Shown piece by piece: positions 16,421 to 44,315 of a stretch of DNA of 64,000 nucleotides; the stretch's first letter is position 1; each line of letters starts with the position of its first letter. The stretch covers positions 10,557,042 to 10,621,041 of the forward strand of contig CM119265.1 of assembly GCA_051294375.1 (NCBI GenBank), in the 5' to 3' direction. Both the position numbers and the translations under genes were made by a program. Under the pieces are notes generated by a model. That model saw only the letters and a program-made list of their open reading frames with translations, was not told the origin of the DNA and made no database searches. The DNA comes from Paraspadella gotoi. Its lineage: Eukaryota; Animalia; Chaetognatha.

Positions 16421-16574
16421 TAAGATTTCTTTGGTAGACATGATGTATTAACCTTTCTTTTTCGTTGTTAGTTTGATAATAGAAAAAAAAGTTTTAATGA
16501 TTTTTTACAACGAATAATAATAAAAACAAATTCGTTGTAAAAAATCATTAAAACTGTTTTTTCTACTAAGATTT
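16421..16574. mobile_element. Truncated fold-back insertion of the hammerhead family (3' region only)
   Basis: Arms TAGAAAAAAAAGTTTTAATGATTTTTTACAACGAAT / ATTCGTTGTAAAAAATCATTAAAACTGTTTTTTCTA; family tail CCTTTCTTTTTCGTTG; possible TSD TAAGATTT. Confidence 0.6.
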
Positions 16575-16639
16575 TTTTAAAAACAAAAGGCGGCGCCAGT
16601 AGTTGCTTAGATTTGATTTTTAAAAAAGGGAGCAACAAA

Positions 16640-16762
16640 CTATAAACAAGTTATAAGCGTTTTTAACGTAAGTGGGACAGACCGACGGACAGACATACCG
16701 ACAACTAAAAAGCGTGACGCCGACGCAGACAACGACTACAACGTCGTCTGGCGAGATAAAAA
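16640..16762 (+). mobile_element. Possible Helentron-associated (HINE/DINE-1-like) 3' end
   Basis: GACAGACCGACGGACAGACA microsatellite, then hairpin CAGAC...GTCTG and TGGCGAGATAAAAA; complementary TCTCGCCA at about 15421. Confidence 0.4.
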
Positions 16763-16871
16763 TAGTATAGCAATTAGCGATACGTTAGGAAACTTTCTGC
16801 CCAATAAACAATATCTGGAATGTTCTGAAGCAATGACTCAAGCACCTTTGCATTCTCGATCATTATCAAAC

Positions 16872-19800
16872 TCAATGAGACCTAAAGATTTTCTTCCCTA
16901 TCGTCGTCGCCGAGCCGGCACTACCACCAGCCCCACTCGCTCCCATCAACGGTGTTAAAATCTCAAGGGTCTTATGGGTCGCCGATCTCATGGCGAAGGT
17001 GGGTACGGCGGTGGAGAAGAGTGCGACAAATTGCAGCGGCGGGGCGTTGACGGCGTAGCACTTGTGATTGTCGGAGCATTGGTAAATTTCGGCGATTTGA
17101 TGAATTCCCATCGAAGTTTGCACGAAGCCGCGACCGAGCCGGTTGTCGAGATCCGCAGGAGAAACCGAATCATTCCGAGAGTTTTTCTCCACTTTTTGGG
17201 GGTCACCTCCGTCGGCGAGCGGTTCGGGTTCGTCAAACTTCGACAGAGGCGGAGGCAGAGGAAAAAACTGACCGCTGATTTTCCTTAGTTAAAAAATTAA
17301 AACCTTTGATTTTAAGATTTATATATGCAATATATACTGGAGTAGAAAAGCCGACCGACCTGTAATAACTTCTTAGAAATTCAATTCGGGAAGAGATTCC
17401 GGGGCTGACCGTTCGACGCTCTTCCGACGCCGACGGTTGCACTGACCAGAGACAGCGGCTTCGATCGATATCGACCAGAAGAAATCCCATGAGACTGAAA
17501 CATGAGACAAAATTAATTATTATAATATTAATATTATTATTATAATCTTGCAAGCCAATTCAAAGAATTACTTTGGATCAAACTTGACTGATTCTGGAAC
17601 GAATCTCGGTGCCAATTTGGTCAATGAGCGGATGGCATCGAAGGCGGGTCGCCAGAAACGTTCCACTTCGGTCAAGAGTGAGGCCAACGAAGGTTGAGGA
17701 CCGCAAATCACGGCCAGTTCTGCGCCTGCCCGTTTCAAAATATTTGTGAATCGGAACGTTCACGTCACCTTCGATCAAAAAAAGTCCATCTTCAACCACG
17801 GCTCACCAGCCATAAGTCGAAAAGTTAGCAGCCTGTGGGCGATCTTCGGACTCCCGACGGGGAGAAACACAGGAACGTCCCGCGAATTGGCTTGAGGTAG
17901 CGACGCGACGAGGAGGAGCATCAAGGACTGTTCCAAGGGCGGCAGGGACCACCATCGATCTGTGGCAAACGCGAGGCGATTGTGAATCATGAGGCAACCG
18001 TAAGGGCTTTGGGCGGATGTGGTAAAAGAGTCCAAAATGGGCTGAGAAAAATAATTGAGGCTATAAATTTTAAAAAAATGTTCGTAGTGGGAAGTTAAAG
18101 AACCGTTTAAAAACCTGGAGATGTACGTGATCTGGGGAGTGCAAGACATCGACTGCCCTCGTCAGATCGGCCATACAAGAGACAAGGTCGTTCTGCCCGT
18201 TGCGCAGCAAATGATCCACCAAAGTTAAGGACAACTTGACTTCCTTTTTCAGTCTTTCCACGTTGCGTATCGACAGAGAAACGACGTCTTCCGAACCCGA
18301 GAGAAGAACGACTGTAAAAGTGGCAATAAAACAAAAAGCTGTATTAGGCCTCCAAAAATATCCCACTTTGGAAAAGTTGTTGGTTCTTGCAAAGTTTCTC
18401 ATTCCAATTTTATTGATAAAACGAATATCACAATGAAAAATTTCTCAGGAAGAGAATTATGGACTTTCCACCACTTTATGTGGCGTACCACTTCCGGTTA
18501 AAAAATAACTTGTTTTTAGGAATAAACGATTTTAAACTTAAATTATTTATTTTATGGTTAATTATACACAGCTGAATGTTATTTTACTTTTTATGAATTA
18601 TAATTTAATGTAAATTTTTAAAAATATTAAATATTTTTATCAATATTACCTCGAAATAAAAAAGACAGGAAATAATCTATTTTTGAAAGATTTTTCAAAT
18701 ACTATTCTTTTAAATTAACAATTATTTTACTATTATATTTTTATAAATATGTGTTTAATATTTTTTTATTAGTTAACTGATCCATAATGACATTAATAAG
18801 AACAATTGTGAATAAGGCGATAAGTGGGCTGAAGACTGCATTCAGTAACTTCTATGCCCCCTCAGCAGCCACAGTCCTGGGCTTGGAACCAGGCTTGAGG
18901 GTTTTCCACGCCTCCATAGTGGTCTACGGTCGTCCCTTTGCTTCCCACAGGGTCGTTACCAGTTGAGATTGAACCCGGTACCTAGTGGTCATGAGCTGAT
19001 GGCTTTACTCAATGAGCAACCGGGTCACGACTGAAGGTGTTATGATTATTGGCAGGGTGGATTTAGGCCATGCCCGACTACACAATTATTAACAATAATT
19101 AAAATATTTTGATTAAAAATAAAGTGCAAAATACAAAATAATCTTTGAAGAAGTAAAAATAAATTTAAAAAATAGAAAGTTGTATCTTTTCCTTTCTTTT
19201 CATTTTTATTATTAATATTAGAGTTCAATGAAAATAAAAATCTCTACAACTTTAACTCTAATAAAAATATAATGATGAAAGATGGATAGATGCCTTAACT
19301 CACCATAGCCAGTCCAAAACGGCAAGACAGCTATTTTTTAAATGAATAATTTATATAGTTTGTATTGCATTGTCACCAAAAATTGCGAGCGGACGTCGCG
19401 ATAAATGATTATAGAGAATCGATGCTTCCTAGACAACTAATTCTTGTGCTAACTCAGCACTAAAACTCTCGGTTACGTAGATATAGCGCCGAGGAAACGA
19501 GGCCACCGGATCTAAGGCCCAATGACGATTGTAACGTCTCAAGCGCAGACCTGAGGTCCAGACGATAGAGAAATGCCCAGACTACAAGGTCATGTAGCAA
19601 GTATAAAGTAATTGTACTACTGACTGTATTAGAAGTCTGGGCAAAATAAATATATTCTGGCAACTTGAGTAAACCTCGGTTATCAAAGAATCCTTTCACC
19701 GAACTACAGTCAAGCCTCAGTCGTCTTCGTTTCCTTACATTGTAAAGTTTCTCTCATTCGAATTTCAAGCCAGTAACGAAAACAATGTTTTTTCTCCCTT

Positions 19801-22759
19801 TTTAATTGTATTGTTATGCAACTACATTTTTAACCTTCCAATAATATCATATGAAAATATGAAAATAAATATTTTTCTAAATTGAAAAATATAGTGAATC
19901 TTAAAGACATAATATCAACTGTGAAGGTTTAAAGGTAACTTTGAGGACACCGATATTACTAACTTATAAAATTAATGACATAATATAGATTATTAAATTA
20001 TGCTAAACTCATTTCTTTTTCCCCCCTATCGTTTGAATAATCTTATTTAAAAAATATGGGTGCATATAATTTTTTTATTACCATCATAATTTGTGAGAAG
20101 CACAATTTAATTTATTCCAAAGTTTTACCCAAATTTTTTGCGAGACTGTTTCTCTCCCTCAATTTTATCCCTCCTTTCACTGGATTTGAAAGCCTTTAAA
20201 TCTTGAAATAAAAATTTTTTAGCATAATTTTACTTTTGCAAAGCTGGGTTAGGGGAGGTTTAGGGTTATGGGTGGTTTATGAGTGGTTATGGTTAAGACG
20301 GTTTAGGGTTAAGGTAATTTTTTTAAAAGTAGATTTTTAAGTGGTTTTTCCAAAGGCCAAAACATCAGTTAGTGAAAGTTTTTACCCATAATTTTGTCAA
20401 AAGCCAGCATTTTATAATATAAAGCCTTTTTTAATTGTTATCCTTTGACATACAAAATGTAATTTATAAAGCAAAACCAAATAATTAGGTATTAAGATTA
20501 TAAGTAACTGTATTTTGATTAATTACTAAGTGTGCTGGCTCAATAATTGCTTGCTTCTTTCAAAAATTCTTATCTTTTTTCAACCGGAAGTGGTTTGCGC
20601 AAAAAGTGGCGCGGAAAGTCCATATAGCGCATCCGGAGAAATTTTTAATGGTGATATTCGTTTTCTCCACCTAATTTGGAATGAGAAACTTTGCGAGAAT
20701 CAAGAACTTTAAAAAAAGTTTGATATTCCTGGGAGATCTAACATGTATCAATATAAAACATATCATTTTAAAAAATCTTGATAATGAGAAACCATATCCA
20801 AATTTTTAACTTTTGTAATTAGATACGAAAGTAATGTATTTCAACAACGATTTATTTACAAGGACGGGACACGTTTCGGCTTTGATTCAAGCCTTCATCA
20901 GCGCTTTTCAAAGCCGAAACATGTCCCGTCCTTTTAAATAAATAATTGTTGAAATAAATTATTTTTGCATCAAATCACATTTTTATAAAAAACAATTGTA
21001 ATTCGTAGTAGTCTATATAAAAATAAATATTTATTTTACAAACAAATACTTGTATCAATATGAAACATATTATTTTAAAAGATCTTGATGATGAAAGACC
21101 ATATCTAAATTTTTAACTTCCTACAATTACACACATTTATAATATCTAATTGTAAAAAACCAAAAGTAAACCTAAATCTCGCCCAAAACGAGTCTAGGCC
21201 TGTCTGCCGAGATTGTCGCAATTGCATAAGAAAAGTCTGGATTGACGACAAATTTTGATACTAAAAAAAATCAAATTTGAAAAAAAAAAAAATTATAAAC
21301 AGAAAGAAAAAGAAGAAAAGAATAAATAAAGAATAGAAAGGAAAGAAAGGAAAGAAAGAATAGAAAAAAAAGAATAGAAAGGAAAGAAAGAATAGAAAGG
21401 AAAGAAAGAATAGAAAGGAAAGAAAGAATAGAAAGGGGAAAAAAGAAAATTAATTTATAAACAGAAAGAAAAATTCTATTTTGCGATTGTCAATTTACAG
21501 TTACAGTTTCTGAAAAAAAAAACCAAAAAAAAAAAACCTTTTTCATTTTCAAAAGAATAAATATAAAACAGTAAAATAACTTATTTTCGAGTTTAATTTT
21601 TAGCAAGTGCTAAGACTGGAGTAACATTATTGAAGGTACTTTTGTTTTACTTTAAGCACGCATAAGCGAGCAGTTTGATCGAATGCGACCTCTCTAAACA
21701 CTGTCAGCATTCCCAGACAAAAGACAAAGTGAAACTTGAATCAGACTGACGAAGTGAAGTAAAGACTAAATTGAAATAAAAACCCGATGTTACTATAGCA
21801 AAATGATAACATGCACGAATGCGATGCCTAATTTTACGAGTTCAACCCAAATCAATTTTTTTTTAAAATAAAAACACAGAGAGAGAGAGAGAGAAAAGAA
21901 AGAAATCAAATGGCAGCAGCAGAAGCAGCAGGAGAAAAGAGAGAAAAAGAGAGAGCCCCTGCAGAGCCAGCTGCAGACTCTTTTTTTTCCCTATGATTAT
22001 GAATCAGTGAATAGGGAAAAGAGAGAGGGAGAGAGACATGTAATTAAAAGAAAAAAGAGAGAGAGAGAGAAATATGAAAATAAAAGAGAGAAAATTTGTT
22101 TGTTTTGATAAAACGTAAACAAAACATATTTAATAACTGTCCAGACTCAATTTTAAGCACATCGATGATGAGAAGCTGTATATAAATTTTCAGCTTCATA
22201 AACCCAAATTTAATCATAAAAAAGGCGATCTATAATTTGGAACGACGACGACGACGATAACGACGACGATAACGACGACGCCGACGCCACTTATGCGCAA
22301 AAGTGTTACAATATCGTCGCAAACGCTTAGCGATTGCGACGATAAAAAATAAGAAGGAAAACGAAAAGTGAAAGAGGAGATCGTCTCTACCCGCGTTGTA
22401 GACCAAATCGAGAAAGTTGAGGGCGTGTCGATCATGACTGGCGCCGTCGTCTCCAGTGACAAGGATCAGCGTCAACGCGTCCTCGAACATCTTCCACACG
22501 ACGTGACCGTGCTCCGTGCGCGCGCTCTGAAGGATCGCGTCCTGAATGAGATATTATTACTATTAGTTTAATTCAAAATATTGACATCACGCAACGACGC
22601 GACAGAGCAAAATGGAATCTTTTATACCTGAGCCGCGCCGAACATGTGGACGCCGTTCAATCCACCGATGACGGGGAACGGCAGAGGCTTCAAATCACCC
22701 TTCGATCGAGAGAAAATCGGAACGCCCCCGCCAGAGGTCAGGCAGAGCAGATAAGCCAT
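16872..22759 (-). CDS. FUZ: Fuzzy planar cell polarity effector, multi-exon
   Basis: MAYLLCLTSGGGVPIFSR...LPFPVIGGLNGVHMFG (22628-22759), IRNVERLKKE, WWSL, SRDVPVFLPVGSPKIAHRLL, ICGPQPSL, C-terminal MRSATHKTLEILTPL. Confidence 0.92.
18345..20740. mobile_element. Non-autonomous DNA transposon of about 2.4 kb with TIRs of about 165 bp, in a FUZ intron
   Basis: 18345-18510 is the inverted match of 20570-20740 (TTCTTGCAAAGTTTCTCATTCCAA; TATGGACTTTCC...CCACTTCCGGTT); TA at both ends; contains a SINE. Confidence 0.7.
18807..19082 (-). mobile_element. tRNA-related SINE, copy 1
   Basis: Full-length homology to 44965-45249; A-box-like TTGCTCATTGAGT and B-box GGTTCAATC. Confidence 0.75.
20822..20971. 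mobile_element. Fold-back Penelope-like insertion with hammerhead
   Basis: Inverted arms of about 65 bp around TTCAAGCCTTCATCAGCGCTTT; the right arm carries a second AAGCCGAAACATGTC. Confidence 0.7.
20865..20904 (-). ncRNA. Minimal hammerhead ribozyme core (stem I poor)
   Basis: Minus strand reads CUGAUGA A GGCUU gaauca AAGCC GAAAC GU GUC. Confidence 0.65.
21211..21660 (+). repeat. Dispersed AT-rich repeat with a GAAA-rich expansion; second copy at about 36118-36335
   Basis: GTCGCAAT(T/C)GCATAAGAAAA.TCTGGATTGACGAC...TTTTAGCAAGTGCTAAG...GAAGGTACTTTTGTT is shared between the two sites. Confidence 0.8.
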
Positions 22760-23608
22760 GTTTAAGACGAGAGTGTGAGTGTATGACTTAATTGATTTCG
22801 TATTCCACTACTTTTTCATGGTTCGTCTTTTCGAGTCCAGACACCGGCTGAGCTTGGTAAAAACGCGACTTGGCTTTGCTAATGTTTTTTTCAATAAAAC
22901 TATTTCGATGTACAGGACGGAGGTCGCAGTAAGTAGAAAGCGATGAAGTCGAATGGAATGATCGATAAGAGATCGACCTCGAATGATAAGAAACAGTCGA
23001 GACGATTCGCTATAAAATAAATACAAAAAGACGGAGTAGCTTAAAGTTATCAAGAGAACTCGAAAAGAAAACAAGAAAGCACAGTATTACTATTACACTA
23101 CAAGTCCCAAAAATTAACAATGACAGCGTTACTGTTATTCATAATACAGCCAATTAAAAAGCCCATAGAAATCAGTTAGAATCACGCCAAGTCTTGGTAG
23201 AAAACATCGAAAATATTCCAAAAAGAAAAAAGACAATTACAAAACACTAACATCAAAACAATAAATCAATGTTGCAGTACGATAAATTGTAAACGTGAAT
23301 TACAATCTCATAATTAGTCTCGTAAATTAATTCTCGGGTCTCAGCCACTAACTACTATAATGAGAAAGGACTTTTTTATCCTGCCTCTCAAAGCTAAAAC
23401 GTTTTCGCTTCCGCTCTTAATTTTAACAGAAAAAAAAATTATGCACTGTATGAAAGAAAACGCGTTCAAATACAGTCAGCCTACACTACGTCAAAGCCTA
23501 ACTAAGAAAAAGTTATAAATACACAACTGCGTATTTATATATACTAATCTATCTGTTGGCAAAACTTTTAAAACAAAACCATTTCTTTGGTTATTTTTTA
23601 TCCCTTAG

Positions 23609-25402
23609 CTACAAGGGAAGGTTCCGCGCGGCTTGAACGGTCTCCATGAGTTTTTCAGTTTCTCTAGAGAGAGAACTGGAAAAAGGCTGGCCACCGCCAA
23701 TGTAGCTGTGCACGTGATGCAGCTTGAGGGAGGCTAGAATCAAATTGGAGATCCAGAGAAGCCAGGACAACCATGCGCCGAACTGAGCATAGTCCAAGTG
23801 AGAGTAAAATCCTAATGAATAAAAAAGGCGTTAGTATGACGACAAGATGCAGAAAAGGTTTTGGGCGTCAGGGTTTCGCTTCGGTTACCGTGAAGACGCA
23901 CGCTCTGACGATGAGGTTCATCGAAAACGACTTCTTGACTTTCTGCCTTAGAACATTCGTCGATGGGCGAAGCAGGAGCGAGTAGCAACGAACAAAACCC
24001 TTGAAAGCCGATGCTGCACAATTGAAAAAAGCTTTCAAGAATTGCCATAAATGTGTATTAAATACGTAATTTCTTTAGTTGATTATCTCACCTGAGTATC
24101 ATGGAAGTTATAAAGAATAAAAAAATGTTTAGGAGGCAAACAATGAAGTCAACGAACGCTGGCAAAAATGCAGAGGGGATACTTCTGGAGAGATTGCATG
24201 AAAGACGGATGATCTGTTGCGCAAAAAGACAAAATTCGTAGAGAACAAACGATTTATGTATAGAACTTCTAAGTAGTCAAGAATGATCTGAAAATACGTA
24301 CTTGCACAAATGACGCAACCATAGAGGTCATGCCCATGAAGATATTAAAATTGCACAGGGACTGTTCGCCCCAACTTGTCATGAAGAGCTCGGGGAGGTT
24401 ACCTAAAATTAACCAAATTGTTGACATCTTGGAGATATATTTATATTATATGCTCTATGCTTATGACTTTACTCCCCTTAAGCTAGCTATATACTTCAAG
24501 CATGCGAGCGTTCTACTACAGCAAGTTAGCATCTCGTGTTCAACAAGTAAGTTAATTGGTATATTAATTAGGAATACTACTTAAGCTATGTATACTAAAG
24601 CGTAGCAAAAATATTAAAATCAAGTAGAATCAAAATTCGAATAGTAGATCACGAACAGGCTTGTACCTGTGAACATTCTTAAATAAAAAAAAAAAATTAT
24701 TTTTCAATTTTCGCATACGCCATATTTATACATAGTACTCGCCATAGAAAATGTTAAATTTTTAGAATGTTTTTTTCTTATTTTTAAAAGCAGATTCGAA
24801 TTCCTCACGAAAAGTTGATATCAGGAAATATAACTCTTTTTAGAAAATTATTTCATTAAGAGGATCAAAATCCTAAAAACTATTATTATTAACCTATAAT
24901 TAAATTTTATTATAAAACATAGTTTTTTTAAATTTTTAAAAACTTAATGAAAGAATTTTTGATTAAGACTTATATTTTCTTTTATCAACTTTTTATGAGG
25001 AATTCGAATCTGCTTTCAAAACTAAGAAAACATTATTTTAAAATTTTAACATTTTCTATGGTAAGTATAAATGTGTGCGAAAATTGAGAAATTTAAAAAC
25101 GATTTTTTTTATATATCAATGTTCTTTAGTCCAAGACTGTTCATGATTAACTATTCGAATTTTGGTCTGCAACTTTCACTACGCCTTAATGTATACTGTT
25201 TTTTTAGGACCAATTAGCTCTCTTACACATGTATAATTTTCTACAAACCTGATGACTCGTTGAAACGCCATTCTCCCGAGGAAAAGAGCAAACAATGCCC
25301 GCTGAGGTCTTCTTGACTCAAAGACACGGGAACGAAAATGAAAAATGAGACGATAAAGGTCACCACATACGCGCAAAGTTGAAGCTGCTGCAAGATGGTC
25401 AT
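23609..25402 (-). CDS. TMEM179: Transmembrane protein 179 family, multi-exon
   Basis: MTILQQLQLCACMWTFIVSFFIFVPVS...SGHCLLFSSGEW; later exon AQFGAWLSWLLWI. Confidence 0.8.
24596..25188. mobile_element. Palindromic MITE of about 600 bp (TA-AGGCGTAG family)
   Basis: TA-AAGCGTAG ... CTACGCCT-TA with long internal inverted symmetry. Confidence 0.8.
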
Positions 25403-25963
25403 TTTTTTAAAGTTTACAATTTTTTTTTTGGTTTCGAGATTGTCTGCCGAAAAAAAAATTTCACTGTCCGATTTTCCAAGTCATTTTCCTTTATTTAAAA
25501 AAAAGAAAGAAATTTAAAAGTAATTTTAAAGAAAATAAGATAACTCAAAGAATGACAATAACTGTATTTAATCCGGGGAGAGAAAAATGTACACGACGGA
25601 GCGAACATCTCCCCCCGAAAATGACGAGGACGCGTCGACGAGCGAGGATTTAAATAGAATTTACATATATTCTAATATAGTAACAAAATGCAATATAAAT
25701 TATCTCGATGAAAAAAAACCCGGTGTTTTGATTTTTCCACGACGACGAAATTGCATTCCAAGTGCGACGAATTTTCAGTTTTGTACACCAAATCGGTTTT
25801 TTTCATAATTTTTTTAACTAGTGAATACTTTTAACTGCGTCTAATTTTTTTTTTTTTTTTTTTGAGGAGGAGGAGGGGGATACGATCTTGCTAGCTAAAA
25901 AAAAAAAGAGGCCAATGAAAAGTAGATCGATCCCGAACAATGGATCATTAATCTATCCCGAGG

Positions 25964-28900
25964 TCAAGACTCGGACCGATGAGACATCGGCGGAAACTCT
26001 TGCTCGTCGTCGAGGCGAAGTTCGGAAAGGCTGCGGGGAACGGATTCAGTTCCAGCGTCGGAAGGCAGGGCGGAGGGAGCGTCGAGAGGCAGGGAATTCG
26101 AGTTGGGCGCTAGATTTGTGGGTGGGAGGGACGAAAGGGAAGAGAAAGGATACACAGGTGGAAAAACGTGGAGGAGAACTTCTCAATTCGTGCGAATCTT
26201 ACCTGACAGAACAGGTTGACCCTGCGGTTCGCAATACGGTTGACTCTCCATCAGTGGGGCCGGCGACGCGGGGTTGCTGGAGCCCGCAGCAGCCGCGTAG
26301 GAAGTAGGATTGGAAGGGACGCTTTGGGAGTCTAAAAGAAAAAGAAAAATATAATTTTACTCGGTGATAATTTTTTTTTCTTATCACCTTTAGTTTCGAC
26401 TCCGTCGATCCTGTACTGTTTGACAAGGGCGCAATCAGCTCCCTCTACGGGGTCTAAATTGTAGATGTAGAGCCACCCGTCGGCCGAGGCCACTAAAACT
26501 CTGGGCACCTGAAAACGATGTAGATTTCCAATGAGTATTATTAATGTATTGTGGATTTTTATCCAGCGGAAAGAAACCAACAAAAGATTTGGTCTTCTTT
26601 TGAACCTTGTGGATGTTGGCGACGGCGCAAATAGTTTTGCAGCCGAAAAAGGGGAGTCTGACGGTCGCGAAGTCGCGTCCTTGGGAGAGCATGTCCGAAA
26701 CGCCGGAAGGCAGGTAATTCGCGGATTTGACTAGAGCGTTGCCTGTGAAAGTAATGTCAAAATTAAAGTTAGGAAACCAATAGAACAGAATAATTTTCCC
26801 CCCCTGGATAAACATCGCCTGTTTCACGACGACGAAGCTCATACTCCTCACCTATATATCCCATCCATCCGCCGTCAGCGCCGTCGGTTCCCTGAGCAGG
26901 ATTGCTGGTCTTCCTCCCGTCCTGTCCGCGTCCACCGCCGACGGATTCCAGTTTAAATACGTGCACGGTTTCGGTGTTGGACGAGGCGGCCAGATAGGAA
27001 CCGTCGATGCTAAAGGCCAGCGAGTAAATGGAGACGCAACGTTTGACTCCGCGACGAAACTCGTGGAGTTTTTGGCCTGATTTTGACAGAGGATTCTCTT
27101 TGGTTCTTAGTCAAAATAACAAGTTTCAGTCTCTGACTGAACCATACGTCACAGTTTTTGTCAATGTGTAAGGGATGAGTATTTAATATGATCTTAAATG
27201 AGATTAAATTTCTCAAACTCATTTACATATTGTGGTGTTGAACTTATATTAAATCCAAAATGAAAATGTATCAATTCTACTAGTTACAATATTATTAGTT
27301 CTGTTTTTCGGTTTTTCAGTACTTAATTATAGTCTTTAGCAATACTGGTGATTAACAGGAATTATAGTAATATTTTAATTGATTAATTAATGATTATAAT
27401 TTGTATTTTATTGCTTAGAGATTGACTTTCTCATATTTGATCATCTCTTTATTTGTTCAGAAGTTTAACCATTATTCAGCTTTGGTTTTGGGGACGCACT
27501 CTCTTGTTAGAGTCCATATCTCCTTATCAGAGCTCAATCAGCAAAAGGCTAACATCCTAAACCGTTAATCACTAATAGTGCTAAACTGCTAATTTGTGTT
27601 CAATAAGGTTTAAGCACAAGATAATAAAGACCAATTAATAGTGTTTAATCATGTTTCCATTTCTCTACTTCAGATACAGCTATCTACCCAATTATATAAC
27701 AAAGACTTACAGATTTAATAGCGAGCATTCTTCACCGATGCAAGGTCAAGTCAAGATTCACAAGTAAGATACAACTGAAAAGCGCATTTTATAGATAAGC
27801 TGTTTACACTGAACCTCTTAGTAATTAAGAACATACATCTCTTATCTCAGGCAAAATACCCTCCAAAAAATGCCTTTAAGTGTAATTTCTTTCGCAATAT
27901 ATCCTCTTCTTATCTTTGCCTTTAATAGAAATGCTCACAATCTTTTTCTGTAACAAATTTTACTTTCTAGTTTTATGTTATTTAATGTACTATCCAATGA
28001 CTTAATTGACAGACAGGCAGTCACGGCTCGAGCTGAGACTGAAAAGGAGCACGATATTTGTTCTAACCTTCGGGGATGGAAAAGACCCGGACGACGGTGC
28101 CCTTTTCCGACGCCGTCGCCAGGCGCGTCCCCGTGGAGTTAAACTCCATCGCCGCCAGCTTGTTGTCGTGGGCGGGGATCATCGTGACGGCGCGGAGATT
28201 GACCGTATCGAATACCTGGACCTCGCCGATCTGACGAGGAAAGCAACACTTAAAATAATGAATATAGAAAATAGATAAAATAAATACTAGTATTAGTTTC
28301 ATGATGAGAGTTTCTGTGCATAAGCCAATAATTAATTTGCCTAATATTTCGAACTATATTTCAGTCCATCACTGGCAGTGAAAATACATGATTTAAAACA
28401 GAGAGAAAGAGACCTTTAAGTGGTCAAAAATTAACCCAAAAAGGGTTGCCCCCCCCAGTCCCACAAGCTTTCCATAATGTTAATATTAATATTAATTTTA
28501 CTCCCTGTGCTTGCCATGACGATAAAAAAAAATAATAAAAAGAAATACCTGCGAGGAGCCGGGATAAGCGAGGAAGCAGTTGTCGTTGTTGACCGAGAGA
28601 GCGCAAAGGCCCTGTGGGTTAGGGGGGGTGTCTCTGATGGTGTGAAGCACTTTCATGTCGCGAATATTGTGGACGTAGAGGGACTCTTCGAGGCAAACGA
28701 TGAGGCGGAGTCGGTTCAGTTTCACGGCCAGGATCGAGTTTGAATAGCTGTAGTTGCAAATCTCAGTTCCCTTTTTGAAATGGCATATTTTTAGTTTTCT
28801 GGAAAAAAATAAGTCAGACAGCGTTCACGGAAAACTACGTAAAAACTTTTTTTTTTTAAATCGCTTTCAATTTCTCACCGAGGTGCGGAAAGGGATACCA

Positions 28901-29108
28901 CGGCGACGAGAGAGGATGAAAAGAGACGCTCAACGATGCAGATGTCCTCGCCGCCCGTCTCGTAGATACGATCAAGCCGCTCCACCGTGTTGAGCGAAAA
29001 AAGGCGGTAGCCGTCCTTGGCGCCGACGGCGAGAGAAGTCGCGTCCTGATTGAAGTTGACGAAGAGGAGGTCGGCGCCCGCTTCGCCCGCGCCAGACGCC
29101 AAATTCAT
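25964..29108 (-). CDS. WIPI2: WD repeat phosphoinositide-interacting protein (ATG18 homologue), multi-exon
   Basis: MNLAS...[46 protein letters not shown] motif, [13 protein letters not shown]-terminal [12 protein letters not shown]. Confidence 0.95.
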
Positions 29109-29970
29109 CTTGCGGTTTATATGATAACAGTTATACTATAAGTAAGTGAGGTAAGGTAGGGGGCAGGAGATGCGAAGTGTGGGAGAGCACTAAAAGAGTA
29201 ATCGTTTTTTCGCAAAGAAACTCGAGTCTAATTCTTTGAAAGCCAACGCAAACCTCGTTATCGTCAGCGTCGTCCGGGAGAAATCAGCTGAAAATAAAGG
29301 GAGATCCGCACTCTCGATTTTCTCGAGTCAACATTTGTCCAAGACTTCATTTTACGTCTAGAGTTATTTGAGCGAGAGCCAGAGAGACAAAAACTCTGTC
29401 GAAATAAATACTCGAATCGATAGAGACGTATTTATACAGACGTACATTCATATTACAAGTGGTGTGTTTGTTTTAACGTGAATAATTATCTTGAGATCAA
29501 AACGCTGATGAGAAAAAAATCGGAAAGTTTTTTTTAAAGGACTACGCTTAAATGCAGCGTAAGGCGCACATATTTAAAAAAAATGAGACAACAGAAAAAT
29601 CCTGACTAAAATTATCTAGATATGCTCGCCCCCAAAAAACCTATTAATATCCATGAAAAAGACAATTAGGACGAAAAGAGGAGCAAGGGGTTCTTAATCA
29701 ATCACAGAGATAGCAAAGGACTAGAATGGAAGATATCAGCGTTCCAAGGCGATGTATATATAAAATAGTAGCTTCCGCTCCTGGTCCCTCTCAAACTTCG
29801 GAAGTAAATAGTATTATGATTAATATGATTATCTATTATTCTTAATTTCATAAATAAAGTCTTCAGGGAAACCAGATGACATAGGGCGAGAAACAATAAG
29901 ATTGATAGTTTTACATTTATTCGTATTACTTTCCCAGGACCACGAAGCGTAAAGAATGAGTGTTTTTTCT

Positions 29971-43755
<13,785 letters not shown>

Positions 43756-44315
43756 TATTTGATGAGTACGTTAACTGCCTTTTCTTTTTTTTTTCTTTTG
43801 CGTCACGATTTACGCGTAGTGATCACCAATAAAGTTTAAGTTTCCGGTGAAATTCACAGAAGAAAATAAAGAACCACTGGGGAAAAAAATCTACTGGTAG
43901 AATTCAGTCTACGTCTATTTTCAAATTATTTCGTAACTAAGGACGACAATAAAAAAAGAAAAAAAAACAGGAGATAACAAATAACTAAAGCAATTTAAAC
44001 TGAAGATACATATCTTCGCGTTAGGGGACAACATCCCCGCACAGACTTGATGGTATATATCTTTCGAATAAATGGAAGATTGTCGGGAACCTGTTGCGTT
44101 CAATAATAGTCGTACAGTTAAAGGAATTATCACAGATGATTCGAACTCCGGTAAGATTAATTATTAAGTAAAACAGACAAAGTTAAAAAATTTTAAAAAC
44201 TCGAATCCGGATTGGTTCATTTTGGATTTGCCGAGAAGTGGGGGGGGGGTGGAGGAAGGGTGAGGTGCCGAATTTCATCTCGCCATTCCGGGTCGGGTAA
44301 GAAACGAGGCCTCGT